Source: Candidatus Micrarchaeaceae archaeon (GTDB lineage Archaea > Micrarchaeota > Micrarchaeia > Micrarchaeales > CABMGC01). From it: a stretch of 39,536 bases of DNA. Below are positions 20,405 through 29,793 of this stretch, piece by piece (position 1 is the first letter of the stretch; each line of letters starts with the position of its first letter). The position numbers were made by a program, and so were the translations under genes. The stretch lies in contig JAVZDR010000004.1 of assembly GCA_038873795.1 (NCBI GenBank), positions 1 to 39,536 on the forward strand. Reading direction: 5' to 3'. Under the pieces are notes generated by a model, which saw nothing but the letters and a program-made list of their open reading frames with translations, ran no database searches and was not told the DNA's origin.

Positions 20405-20565
20405 GTATATAATTATGTTGCAATATATTTAAAAATGTTTGTTTTTTTCAACAAAAAGTTGTAAGTTTTTAGGATTTTTATGTATCATGATTTCATCGCG
20501 CAGCATGGAAGTAGGTTATGGAAAGTAAGCAGCAAAGTTAGGTAATAAGATTAGTAAGCCAAAAA

Positions 20566-20637
20566 TGGACTCGGCGGGATTCGAACCCGCAGCCTCCTGC
20601 ATGCCATGCAGACGCGCTACCATTGCGCTACGAGCCC
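20566..20637 (-). tRNA. tRNA-Ala(GGC), no encoded CCA
   Basis: GGGCTCGTAGCGCAATGGTAGCGCGTCTGCATGGCATGCAGGAGGCTGCGGGTTCGAATCCCGCCGAGTCCA folds as a cloverleaf with G3:U70 and anticodon GGC. Confidence 0.95.
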
Positions 20638-20670
20638 TCAAAAGATGCGTGCTCTAGACTATCTTCGCAA

Positions 20671-20892
20671 TCACACTGGCGAGATAAAGAGTATGTTGCC
20701 TCCCCTGAGCAGGATCACGCCAAGCTTTGCCTTGAGGTTGCCATCTTCTAGCTCCTCAGCATTCTCAAGCACTATGTTCATGTGCACGTCAAATGAGAGC
20801 ACCTTTCCCCTTATCTCCTGGTTGTTCTTCAGCCTTACAAGGACCTGCTGCCCTATGGACTTGTTCAATAAGTCAAATGGTCTTTCTTGCAT
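20671..20892 (-). CDS. Sm-like archaeal protein (SmAP/LSm)
   Basis: RPFDLL..VLVRLK..GKVLSFDVHMNIVLENAEE..ILLRGGNI (Sm1/Sm2 motifs). Confidence 0.95.
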   Translation of the reverse strand: MQERPFDLLNKSIGQQVLVRLKNNQEIRGKVLSFDVHMNIVLENAEELEDGNLKAKLGVILLRGGNILFISPV

Positions 20893-20907
20893 TCATACCA
20901 CCAAATA

Positions 20908-21939
20908 TCATTTCTTGAGCTTGCTGCCATCAGGCATATGTGCTGCCAGCCTGACCCTACCTGTCCCCAATGGTACCTGCTTGCCTAGGAGTACGCTCTC
21001 GGTTACCCCTTTTATAGGGTCTGTCTTGTTGAACGCCGCAGCATTGACCAGATGCTTTATAGTCTCTTCATATGCTGCCTTGGCGAAGACGGATTCTTTC
21101 GTGCCTGTTATGCCATGCCTGCCAACGCTCCTTATTACGCCTGTTGCGGTCATTGCATCAGCGAGGAGCAGGAGGTGGCTCATATTAATATTAATGTCCT
21201 GGTCCGAGAGCACTTTTGCAAATTCGTTCACTATCGCGTTTCTTGCAACCTCTATGCCGAACATCCTGTACATTGCGAATACGTCATTGGTGTATATCCT
21301 TGTTGTATCAACTCCATCTACATTCATGAGCGCCTCAAGATCATTTCCGCCTGCAATCACAAAATACTCCTTTGTTTCTGGGTCCTGCTGAAGCAGTGCA
21401 CGCCCAGCGCCCTCTATGCCATTTATAGTGAGGTTCATTATTCTCACTGTCGCTTCCCTTATCTCCTTTATCTTCTTTGTGTGCAACTCTATCTTTAATA
21501 TGTTATTTTTCACTGTGCCTTCCACGCCTGCACGATTTTTGATTCTGTTAAGCACATCTTTTGGGGTTAGAGAATTGAGCTCAAGGGCCTGCTCATCAAG
21601 CTTGAAGAGGACTATGCCTTTTGAGAACTTCTCCAATGACCTTATTACCACATCCTTGACCTTTACCTCATTTATCTTGGCTGCTATCTCGCTCGCCTTC
21701 TCTATGTTGTTCTTAATTTTGGGCTCTAGATATATGTATGTAAGGACTACGACGGGCACCTTTCTCGCATCAGCGAGGGCTATAAGCCTCGGTAGGCCGG
21801 ATGTCGCTATGCTCTGCGCTATACCTGCAAAGTGGAATGACCTAAGTATCATTTGTGTTCCTGGTTCCCCTATTGACTGCGCTGCCACTACACCTACAGG
21901 TTCGCCATAGCTTATCTCATACCTTGAATTCTTCTTCAC
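20908..21939 (-). CDS. rpo1C: RNA polymerase subunit A''
   Basis: [42 protein letters not shown]. Confidence 0.95.
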   Translation of the reverse strand: MKKNSRYEISYGEPVGVVAAQSIGEPGTQMILRSFHFAGIAQSIATSGLPRLIALADARKVPVVVLTYIYLEPKIKNNIEKASEIAAKINEVKVKDVVIRSLEKFSKGIVLFKLDEQALELNSLTPKDVLNRIKNRAGVEGTVKNNILKIELHTKKIKEIREATVRIMNLTINGIEGAGRALLQQDPETKEYFVIAGGNDLEALMNVDGVDTTRIYTNDVFAMYRMFGIEVARNAIVNEFAKVLSDQDININMSHLLLLADAMTATGVIRSVGRHGITGTKESVFAKAAYEETIKHLVNAAAFNKTDPIKGVTESVLLGKQVPLGTGRVRLAAHMPDGSKLKK

Positions 21940-24456
21940 CTACTCACTAATTTTTGCAAGCTGAGCATATATAGGGTCTATCTTGTTGCCGCCGTAGACC
22001 GTTTCTATGATGTTGCCGTGGGGATCCCTCACGCTCATGTCCTCCTCCACGTAGTAGTCCTGAAGTGCATTTATCATCCTCCTTTGCAGATAGCCGCTCC
22101 TTCCTGTCAGCAAGGCTTTGTAAACCACCGAGCCCCTGGATCCTATTGCGTGCATATAAAGATCAAGGGGAGTAAGACCTGTGTAAAAATTTGAAGTTAT
22201 GAAGCCTCTGGCTGACGGCGTTATGTCTTTAGGGGCTATGTGTGGCAGGACCCTCCTTGTACTGTAGCCCCTTGTTATCCTGCCGCCAGAAAGCGTTGCC
22301 TGCTGGCCGAGGAAGATGCTCATCTGCACTATGTTGAGCAGGCTTCCCTTCGCTCCGGCCCTGCTTGATATTAGAACCGCATTATTCTTTGGGTTTGCAT
22401 ACTTTACAAATGTCTCTCCGGCCTTTGTCCTGGCCTTGTCAAGCTCGGCTATTATGAGGTTCTCAAGCGATTTGTTGCGCGTATATCCGACAAGCGGGAC
22501 AAGCTTGCCAGTTTCATACTGCCTTATCAGTTCTTCTATGTTTTTGTATGCTGTTGCTATTATCTCTTTCCTCTCCTTCTGCGCCTCTTCTGATATCTTG
22601 TAGTCCTTGACCCCTATGGAAAGGCCATACAGCGTAATAAATGCATATGATAGCTTGGAAGCTTTGTTGATAAAATCGCGCAAGACATCATTCCCGAATT
22701 CAGCGGCTATAATGGCATAGAGCTTGCTGTTCCTTCCATATGTCCCTTTTGTCATCGAGCCCTCAGTTATCTTGCCATTCTCTATCCTGAGTACGCCTTG
22801 CCTAGTCTTGACTTCAAAATTCAACCCCTTTGGAAGAAGCATCGAAAAGACCGCGCGCCCAGCGTACATGCCATTCTTTTCCTCCTTAGGAAGTTCGTAT
22901 ACCCCAGCAATCCCAAGAAGGTATGTGGCTTCTGATTTGGTCAGGAATGTACCATCGCTTGTCAAAAGGAATGCTCCTGAAATCCCATCCTCGCTATCAC
23001 CTATTATGGCCATGCCGTCGCGCGGAGAGAAGATCTGATCCTTCACATCCATTAGGTACAAAGCTTCTGCTTGTGCCTCCAAAGTCTGCGGCGCGTGGAT
23101 ATTCATTTCGTCGCCATCAAAATCCGCATTGTAGGGCGTCGTCGAGCAGAAGTTAAGCCTAAATGTTTTGCCGCTTGTGATCTTGACCTTGTGCGCCATC
23201 ATGGATATCCTGTGCAGCGAGGGCTGCCTGTTGAATATCACAATGTCGCCGTCAACAAGTTGGCGCTCCAGTATTGCGCCTGGTTGCAGCGAACCCAGAA
23301 GCTCTTCCCTGTTTTGCTCTGATACATGCTTCCTACTGCCATCTTTTAGTATAACGTTGAGTACCTCTGGGTAAGAGGTGCGCTTAAGCAGCTCCCTTGC
23401 CTTGTCTATATTCCACTCGGTCACATAGAATGGAAAAGTGAGTGTCTTTGCTATGCTCAGCGGCACGCCTATTTCATCTATGCCTATGTATGGATCAACC
23501 GAAATTACAGTCCTTGCAGAGTAGTTCACACGCTTGCCGCTCAGGTTGTACCTGAACCTGCCCTCCTTGCTCTTCAGCCTCTGCGCAAGGGTCTTGAGCG
23601 CCCTGCCGCTCCTATGCCTTGCCGGGGGTATACCTGCCATCTCATTGTCGAAATATGTTGTTACGTTGTACTGCAGCAGCTCCCAGAGGTCGTCTATTAT
23701 TATCTGCGGGGCCCCTGCATTTATGTTCTGCTCAAGCCTTTGATTTATCCTCATTATGTCGACCAGCTTGTGGGTCAGGTCGTCCTCGCTTCGCTCCCCT
23801 GATTCCAGCGTTATGGATGGCCTCACATTTACAGGGGGTACAAGCAATGCGGTGAGGATGGCCCACTCGGGCCTGCTCAGAGAAGGATTAATCCCAAGAA
23901 GCTTTAAGTCGTCGTCGCTTATCTTCGAGAGCATGTCCTTGATTATATCAGGCTTGAGGCGCTCGCCGTCCAGGTAGAAGTATGTGGGGCTTTCAAGCTT
24001 TATTTTGCCTTGTACAGCGCCGCAGTGCGGGCATTTCTTTGTGGACTTAAGCTTCTTGATTATGGTGGCGTTTTCTTCATCCGTGAATACCTCTTCTATG
24101 CTCGCCTTCTCCTTTATTTTCTCTATCTCCTCATTGCTAAGCATTATCCTATGGCAGCTCTGGCATGTAGACTGCAGGAGCATGTATATGAACTTTGCGA
24201 ACTCTGGGTGGATCACCGGCCTTACAAGTTCTATGTGCCCGAAGTGGCCAGGGCATACCTTCGCGCGCGCGCCGCAGGTCTTGCATACAAGGCCAGGATC
24301 TATCACGCCAAGCCTCTGGTCGAGAAGGCCACCATCTATTGGGTAGCCATCCTCATCATAGGTATCAGGTACAGTCAGCTTTGCGACGCTGAGTTTCCTC
24401 ACCTGCTCTGGCGATACTATGCCAAAGGTTATGCCTTTTATAAACTCTGCTTTCAT
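21940..24456 (-). CDS. rpo1N: RNA polymerase subunit A'
   Basis: CPGHFGHIEL, GRFRYNLSGKRV, FNRQPSLH, YNADFDGDEMN, SGYLQRR. Confidence 0.97.
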   Translation of the reverse strand: MKAEFIKGITFGIVSPEQVRKLSVAKLTVPDTYDEDGYPIDGGLLDQRLGVIDPGLVCKTCGARAKVCPGHFGHIELVRPVIHPEFAKFIYMLLQSTCQSCHRIMLSNEEIEKIKEKASIEEVFTDEENATIIKKLKSTKKCPHCGAVQGKIKLESPTYFYLDGERLKPDIIKDMLSKISDDDLKLLGINPSLSRPEWAILTALLVPPVNVRPSITLESGERSEDDLTHKLVDIMRINQRLEQNINAGAPQIIIDDLWELLQYNVTTYFDNEMAGIPPARHRSGRALKTLAQRLKSKEGRFRYNLSGKRVNYSARTVISVDPYIGIDEIGVPLSIAKTLTFPFYVTEWNIDKARELLKRTSYPEVLNVILKDGSRKHVSEQNREELLGSLQPGAILERQLVDGDIVIFNRQPSLHRISMMAHKVKITSGKTFRLNFCSTTPYNADFDGDEMNIHAPQTLEAQAEALYLMDVKDQIFSPRDGMAIIGDSEDGISGAFLLTSDGTFLTKSEATYLLGIAGVYELPKEEKNGMYAGRAVFSMLLPKGLNFEVKTRQGVLRIENGKITEGSMTKGTYGRNSKLYAIIAAEFGNDVLRDFINKASKLSYAFITLYGLSIGVKDYKISEEAQKERKEIIATAYKNIEELIRQYETGKLVPLVGYTRNKSLENLIIAELDKARTKAGETFVKYANPKNNAVLISSRAGAKGSLLNIVQMSIFLGQQATLSGGRITRGYSTRRVLPHIAPKDITPSARGFITSNFYTGLTPLDLYMHAIGSRGSVVYKALLTGRSGYLQRRMINALQDYYVEEDMSVRDPHGNIIETVYGGNKIDPIYAQLAKISE

Positions 24457-24461
24457 GAGTA

Positions 24462-26291
24462 TCAGTCCTTTATCTCTATTTTTGTCAGTATGTGCATTGA
24501 TTTTATTTCATCGAGCAGCAGCTTGAATGCATAGCTCATCTCGACCTGCACAACATTTGTGCTTTTGCAGATAGGGCATAAAGCTACCTTCTTTGTGTAG
24601 TCATAATAGCCTGTGCTGCCACAGTCCTTGCAGACGTATACGTTTGCCTTGTCACTCTGGTCTAGAAGCCTTTCCTTGAGGAGCATGCTTGCACCATAAC
24701 CCACAAGTACATCCCTTTCCATCTCGCCGAACCTTATGCCGCCCTGGCGGGCCTTGCCCTCGGTCGGCTGCCTTGTGAGTATCTGCACAGGACCCCTGCT
24801 CCTAACCTGTATCTTGTTGCTTACCATATGGTAGAGCCTGTTGTAGTAGACGATGCCGTTGAAGATCTTCGCCTTGAACTGCTCCCCAGTTATACCATCA
24901 TAGAAGGTCTCTTCCCCAAAGCTGTCGAAGCCATGGCTTTCGAGTATTTTTGAGTATTCCTCTATTTTGTCTACGGCTTTGCCTGTGAAGGCTGTGCCGT
25001 CGATTATGCTGCCGCTTATCGATCCTGCTTTGCCGGCTAGCTCCTCCAGCAAGTGGCCGAATGTCATTCTGCCTGGTATGCCATGAGGGTTTAGCAGCAG
25101 ATCTGGAACTATTCCTTGATCTGTGAATGGCATATCCTCCTGCGGGACAAGCAGCGCAACGACTCCCTTCTGGCCGTGCCTGCTCGCGAATTTGTCTCCT
25201 ACTTCAGGAATCCTCAGCATCCTTACCCTGACTTTTATTATCTTGGTTGTGCTTGTCGACTGCGTAAGCAGAACCTCGTCGACGACGCCGCTTTCGTTGT
25301 TCTTTAAATAGGTTGAACTGTCTCTAAGCTTTTCCTCAAGGCCGCTAACGCCTATGTGCTCTTCAAGGAATCTTGGCGGCGAGAGCTTTCCTATGAGCAC
25401 GTCGCCCTCTTCAACCTTTGTCTCAGGCTCTATAACGCCGTCTTCGCTGAGCTTTGAATAGGCATGCTCGCCGAGGTAGCCCTCTGCTGTTGGTGGTGGT
25501 ATTTTGAAGGTGTCCTTCTGACCTCCAGGATACCTCCTTTCCTCGTCAGTATATGTCTTGTAGAACATGCTCCTGCCAAGGCCCCTGTCTACAGCTGCTT
25601 TGTTTATCACTATTGCATCTGCCATGTTGTACCCGTAATATGAGGACAATGCAACAACAAAATTCTGGCCTGCTGGGTGGGTCTTCAGATTGAGGGTCTC
25701 GTAAACCTTTGTCGTCACGATAGGCCTCTGCGGATAGAATAGGAGGTATGCCCTTGAGTCGAACCTCTGATTGAAGTTTGTTGCATAAAGGCCTTCACTC
25801 TGCTTGGTGAAGTTGGCGAGCATTGCGTGCCTTGCAAGGCTGTTATGCTCCGGAAATGGGCTTATTCCCAAGGTAAAGCCGAAGATTGCTACCGGATCAA
25901 CCTCAAGGTGGGTTGTATTCTCGTTTATCTCATCTTCTGAAAATGCAACATTTATGTTTTCTTCCTCTGCCGCATCTAGATATTCAATTACGCCCCTTCT
26001 CATGAGGTAGTTGAAGTCTATCTCCTTGTTGGCAAGCTTCTGTTTTAGCTCTGGGGTTAACTTTGACTTGCCGCCCTCGACTATTATGTAAGGTTTCCTG
26101 GCCCTGCCTATGTCTGAGTTGACGTGAACCTCATTCATGTTGCTGTAATATACAACATTGACTTCTCCAGAAAGCAAGCCCTGCCTTCTCATTGACCTGA
26201 TCTCCTTTGCAAATGCCTCCCCATCTTCAACATAGCCTATGATGCGCCCGTTGAGATAGACATGGCATTTTTTGTTGATCTTTTTAGCCAA
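24462..26291 (-). CDS. rpo2C: RNA polymerase subunit B'
   Basis: GDKFASRHGQKG, RMT, TRQPTEGKARQGGIRFGEMERD, C-terminal Zn finger; GTG or TTG start. Confidence 0.97.
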   Translation of the reverse strand: MAKKINKKCHVYLNGRIIGYVEDGEAFAKEIRSMRRQGLLSGEVNVVYYSNMNEVHVNSDIGRARKPYIIVEGGKSKLTPELKQKLANKEIDFNYLMRRGVIEYLDAAEEENINVAFSEDEINENTTHLEVDPVAIFGFTLGISPFPEHNSLARHAMLANFTKQSEGLYATNFNQRFDSRAYLLFYPQRPIVTTKVYETLNLKTHPAGQNFVVALSSYYGYNMADAIVINKAAVDRGLGRSMFYKTYTDEERRYPGGQKDTFKIPPPTAEGYLGEHAYSKLSEDGVIEPETKVEEGDVLIGKLSPPRFLEEHIGVSGLEEKLRDSSTYLKNNESGVVDEVLLTQSTSTTKIIKVRVRMLRIPEVGDKFASRHGQKGVVALLVPQEDMPFTDQGIVPDLLLNPHGIPGRMTFGHLLEELAGKAGSISGSIIDGTAFTGKAVDKIEEYSKILESHGFDSFGEETFYDGITGEQFKAKIFNGIVYYNRLYHMVSNKIQVRSRGPVQILTRQPTEGKARQGGIRFGEMERDVLVGYGASMLLKERLLDQSDKANVYVCKDCGSTGYYDYTKKVALCPICKSTNVVQVEMSYAFKLLLDEIKSMHILTKIEIKD

Positions 26292-26300
26292 CGTAACACC

Positions 26301-27773
26301 CTACTCTGCGCTTATTTTTATCTTCTCTTTTATTGCATTCTCGACCTGATCATCCTTTGCGCCTATGCTGACCTTTGCCATCAGGGCAAGGTATTTTGTG
26401 AGTCCAACCTCTATGCCCTCTGGCGTTTCAGAGGGGCATATTTTGCCCCATTGCGTGCCATGCACGTCCCTGGCCCTGAAGTGGGGGTGCTTCTTTGCAA
26501 GAGGCGACTTGACTCGCCTTATGTGGGTTATGGCACTTGCAATATTGGTAGTGTCGAGCACCTGTGAGACGCCGGTCTGGCCTGTAGGCCATGTTCCAGT
26601 GCCCATGGCATAAAGTATCTTCTCTGTTATTGTGTCAGGACTTATTATTGTCTGCAGGTTGAGGCGCCTGCCCCTCGCGCTCGTCCTTTCTATCTGGTAT
26701 TTGACGTCCTTAACGAAAAACTTGAATGCATATGTGAAGAGCTCTTCCATAAGCACTCCGGAAAGCTTTATCCTCTTGTTTGCGTAGTGGTCCTTGTCGT
26801 CCTGCCTTAGGTACCTATTGGCAACAAGCGATGCCTTCTTCGCCATCTCTACAAGGTATTTGGCCTTCTGCTTCCTGGAATCTGGCGTAACACCAATATG
26901 GGGGAGCAGGTATGTATCAATCTGCGTTTCTATGCGCTTTTGCTGGTACTCCTTGGCTTGGCCCGGAGCGGCAGCCTGCCCAAGTGTGAGTAAGGCCTCG
27001 CTCGGCCCCATATCCTTAGCTTCGCTGGCCTCAAAATTTATAAGTATGTCATTCATTACAGGTTGCAGATCTGATACAATACTGAGCACCTCCTTTTCTT
27101 GCATACCAAGAGCCCTGAGCAGAAGGGCGAATGGTATATTCTTTGCTGAGGTAGGGAAATTCACATTAAACATGCCGTGCTGATTCCTCGTGACCGTGCA
27201 CCTCGCCCTGAAGCTCGGTGTCGTAGAGAAGACCTTGCTCACCACCTCTGTGCCTGCACTTTCCTTGGTTGTTATTATCCTATTTGGGGCAAGATCCTCC
27301 AGGCCTATTAGCACTCTCTCTGTGCCTTTGATTATGAAGTATCCTCCAGGGTCGTCTGGATCCTCATTCTCTTCTATAAGGCGGTCTCTCGGCATGTTCT
27401 TGGTGTTGCAGAAATCGCTCTTGACCATTATGGGAAGCTCGCCAACGAATACCTCGCCATACGCATCTGTCTTCTCTACACCGCGTATGACGGGTGTGAC
27501 ATGGATGAATATCGGCGCAGCATAGGTCAGGTTGCGGAGCCTTGCTTCATTTGGCATTATGACCCGCCTTGAGCTGTCTGCCTCTATTACAGAAGGCTTG
27601 TCGAGCCTTACCTTGCCAAGCTTAAGGGAAAAACCTTCAACATTGGGGACTATTGTTGCTTGTCTGTCGATGATTTCCTGGAGGCTGAAGTTGGCGAATT
27701 TGTTGAAGCTGTCTATCTGCTGCTGCACTATAGATGTGGTGCTCAGAAATGATTCTATTAGCTCATTGCTCAT
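26301..27773 (-). CDS. rpo2N: RNA polymerase subunit B''
   Basis: PNEARLRNLTYAAP, LPIMVKS, EDPDDPGGYFIIKG, DDKDHYANKR, CPSETPEG; ATG 27773. Confidence 0.96.
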   Translation of the reverse strand: MSNELIESFLSTTSIVQQQIDSFNKFANFSLQEIIDRQATIVPNVEGFSLKLGKVRLDKPSVIEADSSRRVIMPNEARLRNLTYAAPIFIHVTPVIRGVEKTDAYGEVFVGELPIMVKSDFCNTKNMPRDRLIEENEDPDDPGGYFIIKGTERVLIGLEDLAPNRIITTKESAGTEVVSKVFSTTPSFRARCTVTRNQHGMFNVNFPTSAKNIPFALLLRALGMQEKEVLSIVSDLQPVMNDILINFEASEAKDMGPSEALLTLGQAAAPGQAKEYQQKRIETQIDTYLLPHIGVTPDSRKQKAKYLVEMAKKASLVANRYLRQDDKDHYANKRIKLSGVLMEELFTYAFKFFVKDVKYQIERTSARGRRLNLQTIISPDTITEKILYAMGTGTWPTGQTGVSQVLDTTNIASAITHIRRVKSPLAKKHPHFRARDVHGTQWGKICPSETPEGIEVGLTKYLALMAKVSIGAKDDQVENAIKEKIKISAE

Positions 27774-27780
27774 GAGACCA

Positions 27781-28008
27781 CTATTCCACAACAGCTCTGT
27801 AAAAATTGTATGTTACGCCGTTGTCTTTCCTCTCTATCTTTATTATCTGCCCTGGCTTGGCGTTGAGCGCAAGTGCCTGGGGATCGCTGGCTAGTATTTT
27901 GGGTAGCTTGTCGATCGTGGTGCGGAGCTCCTTTAGGACCTGCTTTGCAGCATCGTCGCTAAGTAGCTCATGCCTTGGCAAGAGGACATGCCCTTTCTTT
28001 TTGCTCAA
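27781..28008 (-). CDS. rpo5: RNA polymerase subunit H
   Basis: HVLLPRHELLS..LPKILASDP..AKPGQIIKIER..YRAVV; TTG start with GGTGG RBS. Confidence 0.93.
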   Translation of the reverse strand: MSKKKGHVLLPRHELLSDDAAKQVLKELRTTIDKLPKILASDPQALALNAKPGQIIKIERKDNGVTYNFYRAVVE

Positions 28009-28153
28009 GGATCCACCTAAAACAAGCATCAACGCTAACCGAACACGAATCTGTAGGTTGGTTAGTATAATTATACATAGAAATGTATTTAAAGTTTTTT
28101 ATACGTGCAAAACTGCCAGTATTATGCAATGTGCCAATCCCATGGCTTCTGCA

Positions 28154-28666
28154 TCATCTGATCTTTATGGATCTGGGCATCCTCCCGCCTTTTATGGTAC
28201 ATTTGGATGCGGAACTTAGAGAGTAGTAGATAAAAAATAGATTCAGCAGTATCAGACCCACAAATATATATAGCTGATATGCAGTGACGACTGAGAGAAA
28301 TGAGCTCACCGCTATCGTATTCATGCCTACGTCATATAGTATTGAGGTGAGCAGCGGCGCAGTACAGCCGCAGCTTGCAAACAGGCTACCCAATGAAGAT
28401 GAAACCGCGCTCCATGCCCCTGTCGAGACTCCCGCATAGACCGCTAAAGAATTCTTTATCGAATATATGGCAATCGTGAGTAGCATTGCAGATGTTATAA
28501 TCAGCGCGTAGATTAGGTACCATGGAAGCCTTAAGAGGATGTTGCCGTTTATTGTCATCAGATAGGTAAAGAGCAAATAATACATAACTGTAAAAGCCAC
28601 TGTTGCGGCTATATAAAATGGTGATGAAAATATGCTTTTTGCCAGGTATGATTTGCTTACCACCAT
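28154..28666 (-). CDS. Hypothetical polytopic membrane protein with a CxC motif
   Basis: About 4 hydrophobic segments; SCGCTAPL motif. Confidence 0.75.
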   Translation of the reverse strand: MVVSKSYLAKSIFSSPFYIAATVAFTVMYYLLFTYLMTINGNILLRLPWYLIYALIITSAMLLTIAIYSIKNSLAVYAGVSTGAWSAVSSSLGSLFASCGCTAPLLTSILYDVGMNTIAVSSFLSVVTAYQLYIFVGLILLNLFFIYYSLSSASKCTIKGGRMPRSIKIR

Positions 28667-28680
28667 CGCTATTACTTACA

Positions 28681-29793
28681 TTAGTAGCCGTTTGCTGCTT
28701 CTATCTGCTTTATCGCAGGTAGGCTACAGACAGGCGCTGCATTGTTTATGCTCCCGCAGACCATTGCCACGTAGAGGTCTGCCGCTGCATATTCAGTCCA
28801 TGCGAATTGGTTGCTTGGATTTGCAAGCTGGCTCAGCACCTGCTCGTGCGTCATGTAGGTAAGCGGAAGCTGCTGCCCACTTGTTGGCATGGTATTGCCG
28901 AAATCCACAGCATCAGCCCCTCCGACATTGTAGGAGCCCCATATTGTGTATGGGGTGCCTTGGAACGTATTGAGCTGCAGTATGAATTTTATAGCGTCGA
29001 TGTATGCAAGGTTGCCTGTGGCATTTATTTCCTGTTGTATTTTGCCCAGTGGCTGGAGATTGAAGCCGCCAGTTATGGGAGCCGTATCCTCTAATGTGAT
29101 GAGGTTGATGTATTTGCTGTTGTAGAAGTTGCCAAGGTCGATTGAGGATTGGTTGTAATGGGCTGGAGCCCAATAGAGTGTTGGCAGGTCGCCATCACCT
29201 AATGCACTGTAACCCTTGAACAGTGCTGTGAAATTTCCGAACCTTGAAAGTGCAAGGGCCATAGCCCATTTGTTTTCACCACAAAAGATGCACGTTATAG
29301 AACCAAAATATATCACGCTTGGCTTTCCATTCACAACAAATAGAGGGACCTTTGCTGCCTGGGCGCTAACAGTGTTGTTGATCTCGTGATTAAGATACAT
29401 TTCACCAGCGGTTTCGAAGTACGCGTCAGGTGCATTGTTTATGATTGCGAGTTCTGTGCTGTTCAGTGGCGCATTTATGTTAGTCAACCTGCTGCCAAAA
29501 GGCTGCTGCTGGGTTATCACCGGTGCTTCGGCAAGGCTCAGCGGCGGTGTTATAAGCGCCGAATTTATGCTATATCCTGACACACCCTGTATTGTGGTTG
29601 TTGCTGTTATATGAGTTGTATAGTTGAGCGCATTGATGCGACTATTGAGATTAAAAACAAAAGCCAAGGAAGCTAAAGAAGATGCTATTGCTACTATGCC
29701 TATTGCCAGAGCTACGTAAATAAGGTTCCTATCCGATGAGAGTGTGGCTTCAAGCTTTTTGACCTCTTTTATTTCCTTTTCCACTTCGACCAT
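28681..29793 (-). CDS. DUF929-family membrane-anchored thioredoxin-like protein
   Basis: N-terminal TM helix; NGKPSVIYFGSITCIFCGENKWAMALALSRFGNF pattern; GTP; C-terminal C..APVC. Confidence 0.8.
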   Translation of the reverse strand: MVEVEKEIKEVKKLEATLSSDRNLIYVALAIGIVAIASSLASLAFVFNLNSRINALNYTTHITATTTIQGVSGYSINSALITPPLSLAEAPVITQQQPFGSRLTNINAPLNSTELAIINNAPDAYFETAGEMYLNHEINNTVSAQAAKVPLFVVNGKPSVIYFGSITCIFCGENKWAMALALSRFGNFTALFKGYSALGDGDLPTLYWAPAHYNQSSIDLGNFYNSKYINLITLEDTAPITGGFNLQPLGKIQQEINATGNLAYIDAIKFILQLNTFQGTPYTIWGSYNVGGADAVDFGNTMPTSGQQLPLTYMTHEQVLSQLANPSNQFAWTEYAAADLYVAMVCGSINNAAPVCSLPAIKQIEAANGY

